Shown here: piece after piece, positions 25,743 to 39,157 of the stretch
Position numbering within the stretch: the first letter of the stretch is position 1
Layout of the letters: every line of letters starts with the position of its first letter
NCBI GenBank assembly: GCA_041499965.1
Contig: JBGQLG010000003.1
Coordinates: 15,896-79,895, forward strand
Reading direction: 5' to 3'
Source: Candidatus Methylomirabilia bacterium
GTDB taxonomy: Bacteria > Methylomirabilota > Methylomirabilia > Rokubacteriales > CSP1-6
Length of the DNA stretch: 64,000 bases
Translations under genes and position numbers: made by a program
The notes under the pieces: model-generated
The model's database searches: none
Seen by the model: the letters and a program-made list of their open reading frames with translations, nothing else
What the model was told of the DNA's origin: nothing

Positions 25743-27553
25743 CGCCGGCGGCCGCCGGGCGCCCTGGGATGCCGGACCAGAGCCACCCGTCTCGGATGTC
25801 GCCCAACGCCCTGCGCGTGTTGCGGGCCCGGTATCTCAGGCGGGAGGCCGTCGGCAACATGGTCGAGGCGCCCGAGGAGCTGTTCCGTCGCGTCGCCCGC
25901 ACGATCGCCCAGGCCGAGGCCCTCTTCGGGCGGGCTCGCGACGCCGAGCGTTGGCAGGAGAGGTTCGAGGCCGTCATGGTCGACGGTGACTTCCTGCCGA
26001 ACTCCCCCGTACTCATGAACGCCGGCACCCCCCTCGGGCAGCTCGCCGCGTGCTTCGTGCTGCCCGTGCAGGACTCGATGGAGTCGATCTTCGACGCGCT
26101 CAGGTCCATGGCACTCCTGCAGCGCGCGGGAGGCGGCACCGGCTTCTCGTTCTCGGCGCTCCGTCCGCGTGGCGACGTCGTCGGCTCGACCGGCGGCGAG
26201 GCCTCGGGGCCCGTGTCGTTCATGCGGGTGTTCGACACCGCCACCGAGCACATCAAGCAGGGTGGGCGCCGTCGCGGGGCCAACATGGGCGTGCTGCGGG
26301 TGGACCACCCGGACATCCTCGAGTTCGTGGACGCCAAGCTCGACGGCCGCAGCCTGCGGAACTTCAACCTGTCGGTGGGCGTGACCGACGATTTCATGCG
26401 GGCCGTCGAGGCCGGCCGGTCCTACGACCTGGTCCACCCGGGTCGCCAGCAGGCCACGGGGCGGCTACCCGCGCGCGACGTGTTCGAGCGGATCGTCGGC
26501 GCGGCCTGGACGGCCGGCGATCCCGGGATACTGTTCCTCGACGCGATCAATCGTGCGAACCCGCTGGCTGGGCTGGGCCCGATCGAGGCCACGAATCCCT
26601 GCGGCGAGGTCCCGCTACGGCCGTGGGAAAGCTGCATCCTCGGCTCGATCAACCTGGCCCACGTGGTGATCGGCGGGGCGGTCGACTGGCAGCGGCTCCG
26701 CGCGCTCGTCGACACCGGTGTCCGGTTCCTCGACGACGCCATCGAGGTCAACCGCGAGCCGCTACCCCAGGTCGCCGCCGCGACCCGCGCCGCCCGCAAG
26801 ATCGGCCTCGGGGTCATGGGTTTCGCCGAGTGTCTGATCCTCCTCGGTGTCGGCTACGACAGCGACGAGGCCAGCGCCTGGGCGGAGCGGCTCATCGGCT
26901 TCATCGCGGCCGAGGCGCGCGCGGCGTCGCGCCGGCTCGCGGAAGAGCGTGGCGTGTTTCCGGACTGGAGTCGTAGCATCTATGCCATCACCGGCGAGCG
27001 CGTGCGCAATGCGACCCGGCTCTCGATCGCGCCGACCGGAACGATCAGCATCATCGCCGGGACGAGCGGCGGCATCGAGCCGCTCTTCGGCCTCGCCTAC
27101 CGTCGCCAGCACACCCTCGGCGGGGAGCCGATCGTGGAGGTCAACCCGGTCTTCCTCAGGCATGCCGAGACGCTCGGACTCGACACCGGCCGCCTGCTCG
27201 CTGACGTTCGCGTGGCCGGGCACCTCGCCGCCGTGCCGGGTGTTCCCGAGACGGTCCGTCGCCTGTTCGTCACGGCGACCGAGGTTCCCGTGCGCCGGCA
27301 CCTCGCGATCCAGCACGCGTTTCAGCGCCACGTCGACAACGCGGTGTCCAAGACGATCAATCTTCCGGTCGACGCGAGCCTCGCGCAGGTGGCCGAGGCG
27401 TACCGGGAGGGCTGGCGCCTCGGTCTCAAGGGCGTGACGGTCTACCGCACCGGATCGAGGGCGGGTGAGGTGCTGACGCTCGGTGCCGAGGAGCCGCTGG
27501 AAGCGCGCGAGCTCTTCGCCAAGTGCGACCCCGGCGCCTGCCGGCTGTCGTGA
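25739..27553 (+). CDS. nrdJ: Class II (adenosylcobalamin-dependent) ribonucleotide reductase
   Basis: FLPNSPVLMNAG, QLAACFV, GGGTGFSFS, QGGRRRGANM, ATNPCGE, IAPTGTIS, VSKTINL, KGVTVYR; no beta subunit nearby. Confidence 0.93.
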   Translation: MTPAAAGRPGMPDQSHPSRMSPNALRVLRARYLRREAVGNMVEAPEELFRRVARTIAQAEALFGRARDAERWQERFEAVMVDGDFLPNSPVLMNAGTPLGQLAACFVLPVQDSMESIFDALRSMALLQRAGGGTGFSFSALRPRGDVVGSTGGEASGPVSFMRVFDTATEHIKQGGRRRGANMGVLRVDHPDILEFVDAKLDGRSLRNFNLSVGVTDDFMRAVEAGRSYDLVHPGRQQATGRLPARDVFERIVGAAWTAGDPGILFLDAINRANPLAGLGPIEATNPCGEVPLRPWESCILGSINLAHVVIGGAVDWQRLRALVDTGVRFLDDAIEVNREPLPQVAAATRAARKIGLGVMGFAECLILLGVGYDSDEASAWAERLIGFIAAEARAASRRLAEERGVFPDWSRSIYAITGERVRNATRLSIAPTGTISIIAGTSGGIEPLFGLAYRRQHTLGGEPIVEVNPVFLRHAETLGLDTGRLLADVRVAGHLAAVPGVPETVRRLFVTATEVPVRRHLAIQHAFQRHVDNAVSKTINLPVDASLAQVAEAYREGWRLGLKGVTVYRTGSRAGEVLTLGAEEPLEARELFAKCDPGACRLS

Positions 27554-27596
27554 CGTGCGGTCACGGCGGCCGCGGCGCCCCTTCGTTCCCTCGTCG

Positions 27597-28016
27597 TCAC
27601 TCCACCTCGAGCGCGTCCTCCACGGCCCGGAGCACGTCGATATAGCTGACGATGCCGATGATCTGCCGGGTGCCGGCAGGGACCACCGGGATCGCGCCGA
27701 CCTTGTGCTCGACGAGTAGCGAGATCAGCTCGCCCATCTCGGCATCCGGCTCGACGGCGACGATGTCGGTGCTCATGATCTGGACCACCGGGAGGGTGAG
27801 CCGTCGCCGCAGGGCGTCGGCGCCTTCGTCGGTGAGCAGGCGGGTCACCTCCAGGGTGCCGATGTCTCGGTCGCTCAGCATGCCGACCAGTGCCCCGCCC
27901 TCGACGACTGGCAGGTGCCGCACGTCGAGCTCGCGCATCAGATCCCACGCCTCCGCGATGCTGGCCTGGGGCGTCACCGTCGCGGGATTCGCGGTCATCA
28001 ACTCTTGGGCTATCAT
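27597..28016 (-). CDS. CBS-domain pair protein
   Basis: AQELMT, VRHLPVV, GMLSDRD, VGAIPVV, GIVSYID; AGGAGGAG RBS. Confidence 0.93.
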   Translation of the reverse strand: MIAQELMTANPATVTPQASIAEAWDLMRELDVRHLPVVEGGALVGMLSDRDIGTLEVTRLLTDEGADALRRRLTLPVVQIMSTDIVAVEPDAEMGELISLLVEHKVGAIPVVPAGTRQIIGIVSYIDVLRAVEDALEVE

Positions 28017-28071
28017 CGCACTCCTCCTTCAGGCGGTCGCGGTGCCATCGCTGTATCGTCACGGGCGAGTG

Positions 28072-28087
28072 TGCAAGCGACCCGCCA
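28072..28087 (-). promoter_or_regulatory. sigma54 promoter for CBS gene
   Basis: TGGCGGGTCGCTTGCA; tandem sites TGCGGA-N6-GCCTCA tc TGGGGC-N6-GGGACA at 28150-28187. Confidence 0.75.
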
Positions 28088-28256
28088 GGTCGGGGTACGC
28101 GAGACTGCGCGAATTCGCGTACGTTCGCGGCACGTGGTGGGTGGTGGTCTGCGGACGCTGCGCCTCATCTGGGGCGAGCCTGGGACACGGCGCGCCTCAC
28201 GCCCCTCGCCGGCCCTTGAGCGCCTGGACATCGAGGATCGCGAGCAACCTGGTCGA

Positions 28257-30104
28257 TCACTCGTAGAGTGAATCGAGCAGCGCCGCATACCGTGCGGCCA
28301 CGGCCTTGCGCTTCACCTTCTGGGTCGGCGTCATCTCGCCGGCGGCCTCGGTGAACTCGGCCGGCACGAGGGCAAATCGCTTGACCCTCGCATAGGATTG
28401 GACCTCGGCGTTCTTCGCCTCGACGATCTTCGCGACCCGCCTCACGACCTCCGGATGGCGGATGAGCTGCGCGTAGTCGCCGTCGAGAATGCCCCGGGCC
28501 CGGGCGAACCGCTGCAGCGCCTGCGGACTGAGCGCGATCAGGGCGGTGGGGTACGGCCGCCGATCACCGTAGACGAGAGCCTGGCTGATGAAGGGATCGC
28601 TGCGCAGGAGGTTCTCCAGGTGCTGGGGCGCGATGTTGACCCCGCCCGAGGTCACGATGAGATCCTTCTTGCGGTCGGTGATGTAGAGGAAGCCGTCCTC
28701 GTCGATCCGTCCGATGTCCCCCGTCTTGAACCACCCATCGGCGCCCAGGACCTGCGCGGTAGCCTCTGGCTGGTTGAGGTACCCACGGTGGGCGATGTTC
28801 GCGCCGCGCGCGAGGATCTCACCATCTGGAGCGATCCGCAGCTCGACGCCGGGAATGGGCGGGCCGACGGACCCGAGCTTGAAGCGATCGACTCGGTTGA
28901 AGGTCAGCACCGGACAGGCCTCGGTGAGCCCGTAGCCCTCCAGGATCAACACCCCGGCCGCATGGAAGAACTCGGCGAGCTCATTGCCGAGTGGCGCTCC
29001 GCCCGACACGGCGAAGCGCAGGCGGCCGCCGAGCGGCTGGCGCAGCCGGGCCAGGACCAGGTGATCCGCGAGACGATGCCGAAGACGCAGACGCCGCGGG
29101 ACCGGCTCACCGGCGCGTTGCCGCCGTGACATCTCGGATCCGACGCGCATCGCCCAGGCGAACGCCCGGCGCTCGAGCCAGGTGCCGGCATCGACGCCGG
29201 CCAGGATCGCCGCGTGAAGCTTTTCGAACACCCGGGGAACGGCGAACAGGAAGTGCGGACGCACCTCGAGGAGATCGCTCCGGATCGTCTCCAGGCTGGT
29301 GGCGAAGGCGGTGACGAGGCGACGGTGCACGCCGAGGAAGGCCTCGGCCCGGGCGAAGGAGTGCGCGAGCGGGAGGAAGAGCAGGTGGACGTCGCCGGGC
29401 TGGACGCCGGGGATGCGGGATAGCGCCACGAGGGTGGCCATGTGGTTGCCGTGGGTCTGCACCACGCCCTTGGGCTCTCCGCCGGTGCCGGAGGTGTAGA
29501 CGATCGTGGCGACGTCGGCGGGCCCCAGAGACGCGAGGCCCTCGGTGAGTCGGCTGGCCAGCTCGGGCTCTCGCGCCCGGCCGATCTGACGCAGCCGGGC
29601 CCACGTCAGCACGGACGGATCGTCAGCCGCGTCACCGTCGATCACCACGATCTCCTGCAGCCGCGGCATCTGCGAGCGGGCGGCCAGCGCCTTCGCGAGC
29701 TGCGCCCGGTCCTCGACGATCAGCGTTCGCGCATCGGCGTCGTTGACGATGGAGGCGACCTGGGCGGACGTGTACGTCGCGTAGATCGGCACGGTCACGC
29801 AGCCCGCGGAGAGGATGGCGAAGTCGGTCTGGACCCATTCCGCGCGAGTGCCTGAGAGGAGGGCCACGGCATCCCCTCGTCGGCGGCCACGCGCGAGGAG
29901 CCCCAGGGCCAGCCCGCGCACCCGGTCGCCGACGTGCTTCCAGGTCAGCACGGTCCACGCGTCGCCCCGCTTGACCAGCTGGGCCGGCTGGCCAGCATCG
30001 GCCGCGACGCGGGTCCAGAACATCGCGCCGAGCGTGTCGTCGCTTGCCACGGGGAGTTCCAGCCTCGCCGACAGGCCACGACGGGTCTCGGCGGTGGGAG
30101 CCAT
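28257..30104 (-). CDS. Long-chain fatty acid-CoA ligase (AMP-dependent synthetase)
   Basis: TIVYTSGTGGEPKG, AVPRVFEK, SGGAPL, EGYGLTE, WFKTGDIG, DRKKDLIV, MTPTQKVKR. Confidence 0.94.
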   Translation of the reverse strand: MAPTAETRRGLSARLELPVASDDTLGAMFWTRVAADAGQPAQLVKRGDAWTVLTWKHVGDRVRGLALGLLARGRRRGDAVALLSGTRAEWVQTDFAILSAGCVTVPIYATYTSAQVASIVNDADARTLIVEDRAQLAKALAARSQMPRLQEIVVIDGDAADDPSVLTWARLRQIGRAREPELASRLTEGLASLGPADVATIVYTSGTGGEPKGVVQTHGNHMATLVALSRIPGVQPGDVHLLFLPLAHSFARAEAFLGVHRRLVTAFATSLETIRSDLLEVRPHFLFAVPRVFEKLHAAILAGVDAGTWLERRAFAWAMRVGSEMSRRQRAGEPVPRRLRLRHRLADHLVLARLRQPLGGRLRFAVSGGAPLGNELAEFFHAAGVLILEGYGLTEACPVLTFNRVDRFKLGSVGPPIPGVELRIAPDGEILARGANIAHRGYLNQPEATAQVLGADGWFKTGDIGRIDEDGFLYITDRKKDLIVTSGGVNIAPQHLENLLRSDPFISQALVYGDRRPYPTALIALSPQALQRFARARGILDGDYAQLIRHPEVVRRVAKIVEAKNAEVQSYARVKRFALVPAEFTEAAGEMTPTQKVKRKAVAARYAALLDSLYE

Positions 30105-30277
30105 TCGCTCCCACCGCCGAGCCGCGGCCGAGGCGGGATGGCGCCGTCAGGCGCTCAGCCTGACCTTCAGCTCGTCCTGGAAGTGAAGCGCCAGATGGTC
30201 CACGATGCGCTTGTCGGATTCTTCAGCATCTCGGCCTCCTGTTCTGTGTCCATGCCGGGACTGTGGTCATCGGTCCG

Positions 30278-30505
30278 TCACGCCGTCTCGGCCAGGCATC
30301 GGGTCACCTCATCGACGCGATCCGCGGCGCGCAAGCGCAGCGGCGCGATGCCGCGGTGGAAGAAGTCGCACATGATCCGATTGGCGTCCGCCCAGCTGTC
30401 GGTCGACACCGCGGTGTGGTGCGCGCACAGCGCCTCGCCCCCCACCATCTGTTGCCCACACACCGAGCACAGGCTCGTCACGATCAGATCTTGAAGTCTC
30501 GGCAC
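30278..30505 (-). CDS. Small Cys/His protein (75 aa)
   Basis: CSVCG...LCAHH...WADANRIMCDFFHRG; GAGGG RBS; directly behind a sigma54 promoter. Confidence 0.7.
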   Translation of the reverse strand: MPRLQDLIVTSLCSVCGQQMVGGEALCAHHTAVSTDSWADANRIMCDFFHRGIAPLRLRAADRVDEVTRCLAETA

Positions 30506-30533
30506 CGTGGACCCTCACGTACGCCAACGCCGG

Positions 30534-30549
30534 TGCATCAGCGATGCCG
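30534..30549 (-). promoter_or_regulatory. sigma54 promoter for small Cys protein and acyl-CoA ligase
   Basis: CGGCATCGCTGATGCA; tandem sites CGAGGC-N6-TTCCCA tg TGTCCC-N6-GCCCCA at 30600-30637. Confidence 0.68.
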
Positions 30550-30685
30550 GAGTCGAACGCTGGAGTTTCGAATGCTTCGCCGCCGCGCGGCGGCGGCGGC
30601 GAGGCATCGGATTCCCATGTGTCCCGGCCTCGCCCCACGGCGCGGGATCGCCCGGCCCAGCCGTCGCACCGTTCCTGGCATCACC

Positions 30686-30979
30686 TCACGCCGGGAGCAC
30701 GAGCTCGAAGCGTTCCCACGGGATGGCGGTCCAGGTCTCGGTGTGGCCGTGCCCGTACGAGCGAATGACGGCCACGACCTTGGACGCCACGATCTCGTCG
30801 GGCGCCTCGAAGATGTCGAGGTAGTCGCAGGGGCCAAGGATTGCGTAGTTGGCCACCCACTTCACCTGCGGACAGTCCTGGCGGATGTGATCGGCGACGG
30901 CACGTTCCAGGCGCTTGAGCTCGCCGGGCATCTTCACCGCCTCGGGCGTCAGTCGGGTCAGGACCACGTACGTTGGCAT
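30686..30979 (-). CDS. GYD-domain protein
   Basis: MPTYVVLTRLT, YAILGPCDYLDIFEAPD, HTETWTA. Confidence 0.88.
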   Translation of the reverse strand: MPTYVVLTRLTPEAVKMPGELKRLERAVADHIRQDCPQVKWVANYAILGPCDYLDIFEAPDEIVASKVVAVIRSYGHGHTETWTAIPWERFELVLPA

Positions 30980-31006
30980 GTTCGTTCTCCTCTCACGGGC
31001 CTCTTG

Positions 31007-34883
<3,877 letters not shown>

Positions 34884-34900
34884 ACGCCCGGAAGGAGACC

Positions 34901-35001
34901 ATGCGGCGGTCGCCCAACGCCCCGCGGGTCCTCGAGGCGCGGTATCTCCGGCGGGACGCGGCCCGCCGCGTGATCGGGGTGCCCGAGGAGCTTTCCGCCG
35001 T
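34901..35001 (+). pseudogene. 5' remnant of a second class II RNR gene
   Basis: AAGGAG RBS; MRRSPNAPRVLEARYLRRD...PEEL matches MSPNALRVLRARYLRRE...PEELFRR of nrdJ, then frameshift and loss of similarity. Confidence 0.8.
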
Positions 35002-35059
35002 CGGAAGTCAGAGCAGGGCCTCCTCGGAGCTTCTCTCCGCGGCGAGTCGGCGCAATCGC

Positions 35060-35097
35060 TGGGGCAGCGGCGCCTCACGTGAGGCGCTCACGCTCCG
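35060..35097. promoter_or_regulatory. Tandem palindromic enhancer-like sites
   Basis: TGGGGC-AGCGGC-GCCTCA cg TGAGGC-GCTCAC-GCTCCG. Confidence 0.7.
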
Positions 35098-35150
35098 TTC
35101 TCGGACTCGGCGATGTTGCGGAACTCCGAGATTCTTCACGGATTCCGCGT

Positions 35151-35166
35151 TGGCAACACCGATGCA
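35151..35166 (+). promoter_or_regulatory. sigma54 promoter for BON-USP-USP
   Basis: TGGCAACACCGATGCA; AACTCCGAGATT at 35122-35133. Confidence 0.77.
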
Positions 35167-35252
35167 CTCTGTCCACCGTGTTCGAGCACCAGTCACACGG
35201 GCCACCCACGGTCCCCGGACGGACGTCGGGGTGAGACACGGAGGAGAGGGTC

Positions 35253-35927
35253 ATGACACAGGGGATCAAGAAGACGGACACGCAGATCCACCAAGACGTG
35301 CTCGACGAGCTCAAGTGGGATTCGCGCGTCGACGAGACGGAGGTGGGCGTCGAGGTCGACAAGGGCGTCGTCACGCTGACCGGCACGGTGACGAGCTGGG
35401 CCAAACGTGTGGCAGCCCAGGAAGCGGCGCGCCGCGTGATCGGCGTGCTCGACGTGGCGAACAATATCGCGATCAAGATTCCGGGCGGACTCGCGCGCAC
35501 CGACACCGAGATCGCCCAGGCGGTACGGCACGCGCTCCAGTGGGATGTCTTCGTCCCCGAGGAGCAGATCAGCTCGACGGTCTCGGACGGGTGGGTCACG
35601 CTCGACGGCACCGTGGAGCGCTGGAGTCAGCGCAACGATGCGGAACGGGCGATTCGCAATCTGACTGGCGTGAAGGGTGTCGCGAACAGGATCACGGTGA
35701 CGCCGGCGCAGCCGGTGACCGAGGATGTGCACAAGGCCATCGAGCAGACGCTGGAGCGCCGGGCCGAGCGGGAAGCCAGGCGGATCCACGTCGATGTGCG
35801 GGCCGGCATCGTGACACTGACGGGGTCGGTGCATTCGTGGGCGGAGCGCAAATCGGTCGTCGCGGCCGCTCGCTTCACGGCCGGGGTTCGAGAAGTCGTG
35901 GATCACCTGCGGACGGAGCCGGTCTGA
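35253..35927 (+). CDS. Triple BON-domain (OsmY-like) protein
   Basis: Three repeats of GxVTLxGxV...GVxxVxNxI; GGAGAGG RBS. Confidence 0.94.
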   Translation: MTQGIKKTDTQIHQDVLDELKWDSRVDETEVGVEVDKGVVTLTGTVTSWAKRVAAQEAARRVIGVLDVANNIAIKIPGGLARTDTEIAQAVRHALQWDVFVPEEQISSTVSDGWVTLDGTVERWSQRNDAERAIRNLTGVKGVANRITVTPAQPVTEDVHKAIEQTLERRAEREARRIHVDVRAGIVTLTGSVHSWAERKSVVAAARFTAGVREVVDHLRTEPV

Positions 35928-36220
35928 ACCGGACGAGGTGCGCGGCGCGATGGAGATCCATATATCGAGAGCGGAGCCGGACTGGCAATGACCACCCGGA
36001 CAAGTGAATGACGCCAGGACGTTCATGCTCGCCGAGGTCGGCCCCTGGCAGCTGCGGGATCGCGCGAGCACGTACCGGACGGTCACGCTGGTCCCGCGAA
36101 CCGAGTTCGCCATCGTCGCCCGGGCCAACGCGGCTCCGGGCGAGTTCGAGGGCCAGTTCGTCGAGACCAGGCCCCGGCCGGAGGACGTCTATCTGAGACC
36201 AACGAGGGGAGGACTCTCCG

Positions 36221-36658
36221 ATGACCAAGCGAGTGCTTGTTCCTCTCGACACCACCGAAGCGACCCAGGACATCCTGCCGATCGCCGCGATGCTCGCGAG
36301 CACGGGCGCCGCCGTGCGGCTGATCCACGTTGCCTCCGTGCCCGACAACGTCGTGACCCCGCAGGGCCGGACGGTCGCCTACGCCGACCAGGAGATGGCC
36401 CGTGTCCAGGCGCTGTGGTCCGATTCCCTCGGGGACACCGCGGCGCGGCTCCACGGCGCCGTGGATCACGCCGTGCGCTTCGGCGATCCCATCGCCGAGA
36501 TCCTCGCCGAGGCCGAAGCGTTCGGCGCCGATACGATCCTCGTCACCACCGGGACACGGAGCTCGGTGAAGCGGGCGCTGCTGGGCAGCGTGGCCGAGGC
36601 GATGCTGCGGCGCGCTGGCGTCGGCGTCCTGCTGTACCGGGCGCCGCGAGACCCCTGA
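36221..36658 (+). CDS. Universal stress protein
   Basis: VLVPLD, GDPIAEIL, ALLGSVAEAMLR; GGAGG RBS. Confidence 0.9.
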   Translation: MTKRVLVPLDTTEATQDILPIAAMLASTGAAVRLIHVASVPDNVVTPQGRTVAYADQEMARVQALWSDSLGDTAARLHGAVDHAVRFGDPIAEILAEAEAFGADTILVTTGTRSSVKRALLGSVAEAMLRRAGVGVLLYRAPRDP

Positions 36659-36669
36659 GCAAGCCCGTG

Positions 36670-37260
36670 ATGGCCGTCGTTCCGGAATATCCGGCGCAGC
36701 ACATCCTCGTCGCCACGGACTTCTCGGAGAGCGCGGAGGCGGCGCTCGGTGCTGCCGCGCGATATGCCCGCGCGCTCCACGCGCGTCTGCATCTGCTGCA
36801 CGTCTTCTCGGGAGAGGAGGTCGAGGTCACGCGGCTCCTCGCAGATGCCGCCGGCAAGGCGGGACCGGATGTTGGGGTGACCGTGGCCGCGACCGGGGGC
36901 GACCCGGCCGAGGAGATCCTGCGGTACGCCAGCCGTCAGCCCATCGATCTCATCGTCGTGGGCACCCACGGACGCACGGGCGTGAGCCGCGTGCTCCTCG
37001 GCAGCGTGTCCGAACGCGTCGTGCGGGGCACCCGCTGTCCCGTGCTCGTGGTGCCGGCACCCCGCCCGAGCGCGCCGTCATCCCCGGCGCCGTCGGGCGT
37101 GGCGCTCGACGACGAAGAGACGGAGCAGCCCGCGCCGGTTCGGCCGTGTCTCGTCTGCGCGACGCCCAGCCACGACCTGATCTGCGAGCCGTGTCGCGCG
37201 CGCATCCGCGGGGAGGCGCTGGCGCGCAAGCAGCGCGAGGAGCGCGCGGGGAGACCATGA
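36670..37260 (+). CDS. Universal stress protein with C-terminal CxxC-x8-CxxC tail
   Basis: ILVATDFS, GTHGRTG, LGSVSERVVR; CLVCATPSHDLICEPC; paralog of 25146-25742. Confidence 0.92.
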   Translation: MAVVPEYPAQHILVATDFSESAEAALGAAARYARALHARLHLLHVFSGEEVEVTRLLADAAGKAGPDVGVTVAATGGDPAEEILRYASRQPIDLIVVGTHGRTGVSRVLLGSVSERVVRGTRCPVLVVPAPRPSAPSSPAPSGVALDDEETEQPAPVRPCLVCATPSHDLICEPCRARIRGEALARKQREERAGRP

Positions 37261-37312
37261 CGGCTGGTGGGTCCGCGACGCCGCCCATGGCCGCCGGCAT
37301 CACCGTGGCTCC

Positions 37313-37414
37313 ATGATCCAGGCGATCCGTGATCAGTGGGTCATCGTCGTCGCGGTCGTCGTCCTCGTCGGGCTGGTCATCTGGCTGTGGACGACGCGAT
37401 CGAAGGCGTTGTGA
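37313..37414 (+). CDS. 33-aa single-pass membrane peptide
   Basis: MIQAIRDQWVIVVAVVVLVGLVIWLWTTRSKAL; GC-ending codons; below the ORF-track cutoff. Confidence 0.5.
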   Translation: MIQAIRDQWVIVVAVVVLVGLVIWLWTTRSKAL

Positions 37415-37529
37415 CACGGACCGGCAGACCGTCCTGGCCGAGCCGGCGCCGCACGAGCAGAAGCGTCTCTTCGCCCACCGTGTTGACGTAAGCGGGCCCC
37501 GGCTCTTCCGACTGATTGTCGTGCGCACG

Positions 37530-37810
37530 AGAGCATACGCTTGGCGCCAACGTGGCGGGCCACCCGCTCGAAGAGCAGCGCGCCGAGGCCTGCGATGAAC
37601 TGCGCCACGAGGACCACCGTCGCCAGCGTGGCCATCGCCCCCCCCGGCTCTTCCTGGCCGAGCTGCGACGCGAGCGTGCTGACGGACCCGCCGTACGCGA
37701 ACCCGATCAGCATCCGCGTCTTCCATCCCGAGAAGTCCGCGACGGCTCACGACCGTCGTGGAGAACGCCGAGTGCCCGAAGTCGTACGCGTCCCAGCCGG
37801 CACGCTCCCA
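37530..37810 (-). pseudogene. Collapsed remnant of an Atg22/UMF1-like MFS transporter
   Basis: GWDAYDFGHSAFSTTVV in one frame and LVAQFIAGLGALLFERVARHVGAKRM in another. Confidence 0.6.
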
Positions 37811-37834
37811 TCGGCTCGGCCCCGGGCGGCGCCG

Positions 37835-37972
37835 TCACCGCCGGTACTTGAGCGCCTCGAGGAGCGCGACGGGCCAGACGACGGCGGCGGCCACGACCAA
37901 CCAGTCGCCGGCCTCCAGCGGCACGGTGTCGAGCAGCCGAGTGAGCGGCGTCCACGATACCGCCCACCACTG
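37835..37972 (-). pseudogene. C-terminal remnant of a cation-transporting P-type ATPase
   Basis: QWWAVSWTPLTRLLDTVPLEAGDWLVVAAAVVWPVALLEALKYRR-stop resembles the Cation_ATPase_C end; no start. Confidence 0.6.
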
Positions 37973-38046
37973 CCTCCCTGCGGTGCTGATGCCCCAGTGG
38001 GGAACCGGCCGCTATGGCAAACTCCTGGAATCACGGAGCTCGAGCG

Positions 38047-38062
38047 TGGCAGTGTCATTGCA
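38047..38062 (+). promoter_or_regulatory. sigma54 promoter for pal operon
   Basis: TGGCAGTGTCATTGCA; AA-N8-AAT at 38019-38031; TGCGGT-N6-GCCCCA g TGGGGA at 37979-38003. Confidence 0.82.
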
Positions 38063-38117
38063 CTCCTGCATACGCGCCATGAACTCGACGTACGTACACA
38101 CAGGGGAGGGAGCGCCC

Positions 38118-38711
38118 ATGCGGCTTCGGAGATCTCAGTTCGTCGTCGTCCTGCTGGCGATGCTGCTCGCCGCGGCATGCGCGAAGCGTCCGGCGATGAC
38201 CCAGACGGCCGCCCCCCCGCCGACCGGTGCGGCCGTGACGGCGGCACCCCCGGCGCCGGCTCCGGCGGCACCGGTCGCGCCTCCTGCGGCCGAGCCGCCG
38301 GCCACGCCCGCTCCGGTGGTCGCGGCCCCGCCGGCCCCCGCCCCACGCCCCGCACCGGCCGAGTTCAAGGGCATCTCTGAGCTACGCGACGTCTTCTTCG
38401 ACTTCGACAAGCACACGATCAGGTCGGACGCCGCCCGCACCCTCGATGCCAACCTCGACTGGCTGAAGGCGAATGCCTCGGCGCTGATCCTGATCGAGGG
38501 CCACTGCGACGAGCGCGGGACGAACGCCTACAACCTGGCCCTCGGCGAGCGCCGGGCCAGCGCCACGCTGGACTATCTCGTGGCGCGCGGCGTGGCCGCG
38601 ACGCGGATCACCATCGTCAGCTACGGTGAGGAGCGACCGGTCTGCTCGGCGCGCAACGAGGCGTGTTGGGCGCAGAACCGCCGGGCGCACTTCCTCACGA
38701 AGCAGCCGTAG
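38118..38711 (+). CDS. pal: Peptidoglycan-associated lipoprotein (OmpA-like)
   Basis: Lipobox LAAAC, Pro/Ala linker, VFFDFD, IEGHCDERGTNAYNLALGERRA, SYGEERP, QNRRA. Confidence 0.95.
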   Translation: MRLRRSQFVVVLLAMLLAAACAKRPAMTQTAAPPPTGAAVTAAPPAPAPAAPVAPPAAEPPATPAPVVAAPPAPAPRPAPAEFKGISELRDVFFDFDKHTIRSDAARTLDANLDWLKANASALILIEGHCDERGTNAYNLALGERRASATLDYLVARGVAATRITIVSYGEERPVCSARNEACWAQNRRAHFLTKQP

Positions 38712-38730
38712 CGGTGCGGCCACGCCCGTG

Positions 38731-39135
38731 ATGCGCGCACCCGGCCTCCTCGCCGTGACGCTCGTCCTCCTGGCGACCGCCCTGGCCGACGCCGCCGGCG
38801 GCCCGAGGTATTCAGGGACCGTGGTGGCCATCGATCCGCGACGGGGTGTGCTGATCATCGAGGAGGTCGGCCCCCTTCGCGGCCCGAAGGCCGTCGTGAC
38901 CCAGCGAACGATCGGTGTGACATCCCGCACGAAGTTCAATCGGTTCATCCGGGTGAACGGGCCGGGAGCGTTCGCCGGGGATTTCATCGAGGTCATGCTC
39001 GATGCCGACGACGTGGCGCTGGGTGAATTCGTGACCGCCGAATGTGTCCTCGAACGGGGCCGGCTCGTCGCCGTGCTGGTGACCCTGGCCGAACTCGCGC
39101 AGCCTCCCTCGAGCCCGGGCGTCCGTCTGCCCTGA
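38731..39135 (+). CDS. Secreted hypothetical protein (beta-rich)
   Basis: Signal peptide, YSGTVVAID..., good codon usage, in operon. Confidence 0.7.
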   Translation: MRAPGLLAVTLVLLATALADAAGGPRYSGTVVAIDPRRGVLIIEEVGPLRGPKAVVTQRTIGVTSRTKFNRFIRVNGPGAFAGDFIEVMLDADDVALGEFVTAECVLERGRLVAVLVTLAELAQPPSSPGVRLP

Positions 39136-39157
39136 CCCGCGGTCAGGGACGCACCCG

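Noticed and set aside
30147-30240. AGGAGG-ATG micro-ORF on the minus strand, possibly frameshifted (DKRIVDHLALHFQDELKVRLSA)
   Set aside because: Too short to assign; may be another remnant.
36004-37260. 418-aa ORF fusing an unknown domain to USP
   Set aside because: Its middle overlaps the USP at 36221 in another frame. The first ~65 codons look coding-like but I cannot assign them.
38200-38360. Pro/Ala-rich low-complexity stretch as a repeat element
   Set aside because: Ordinary linker of the Pal lipoprotein.
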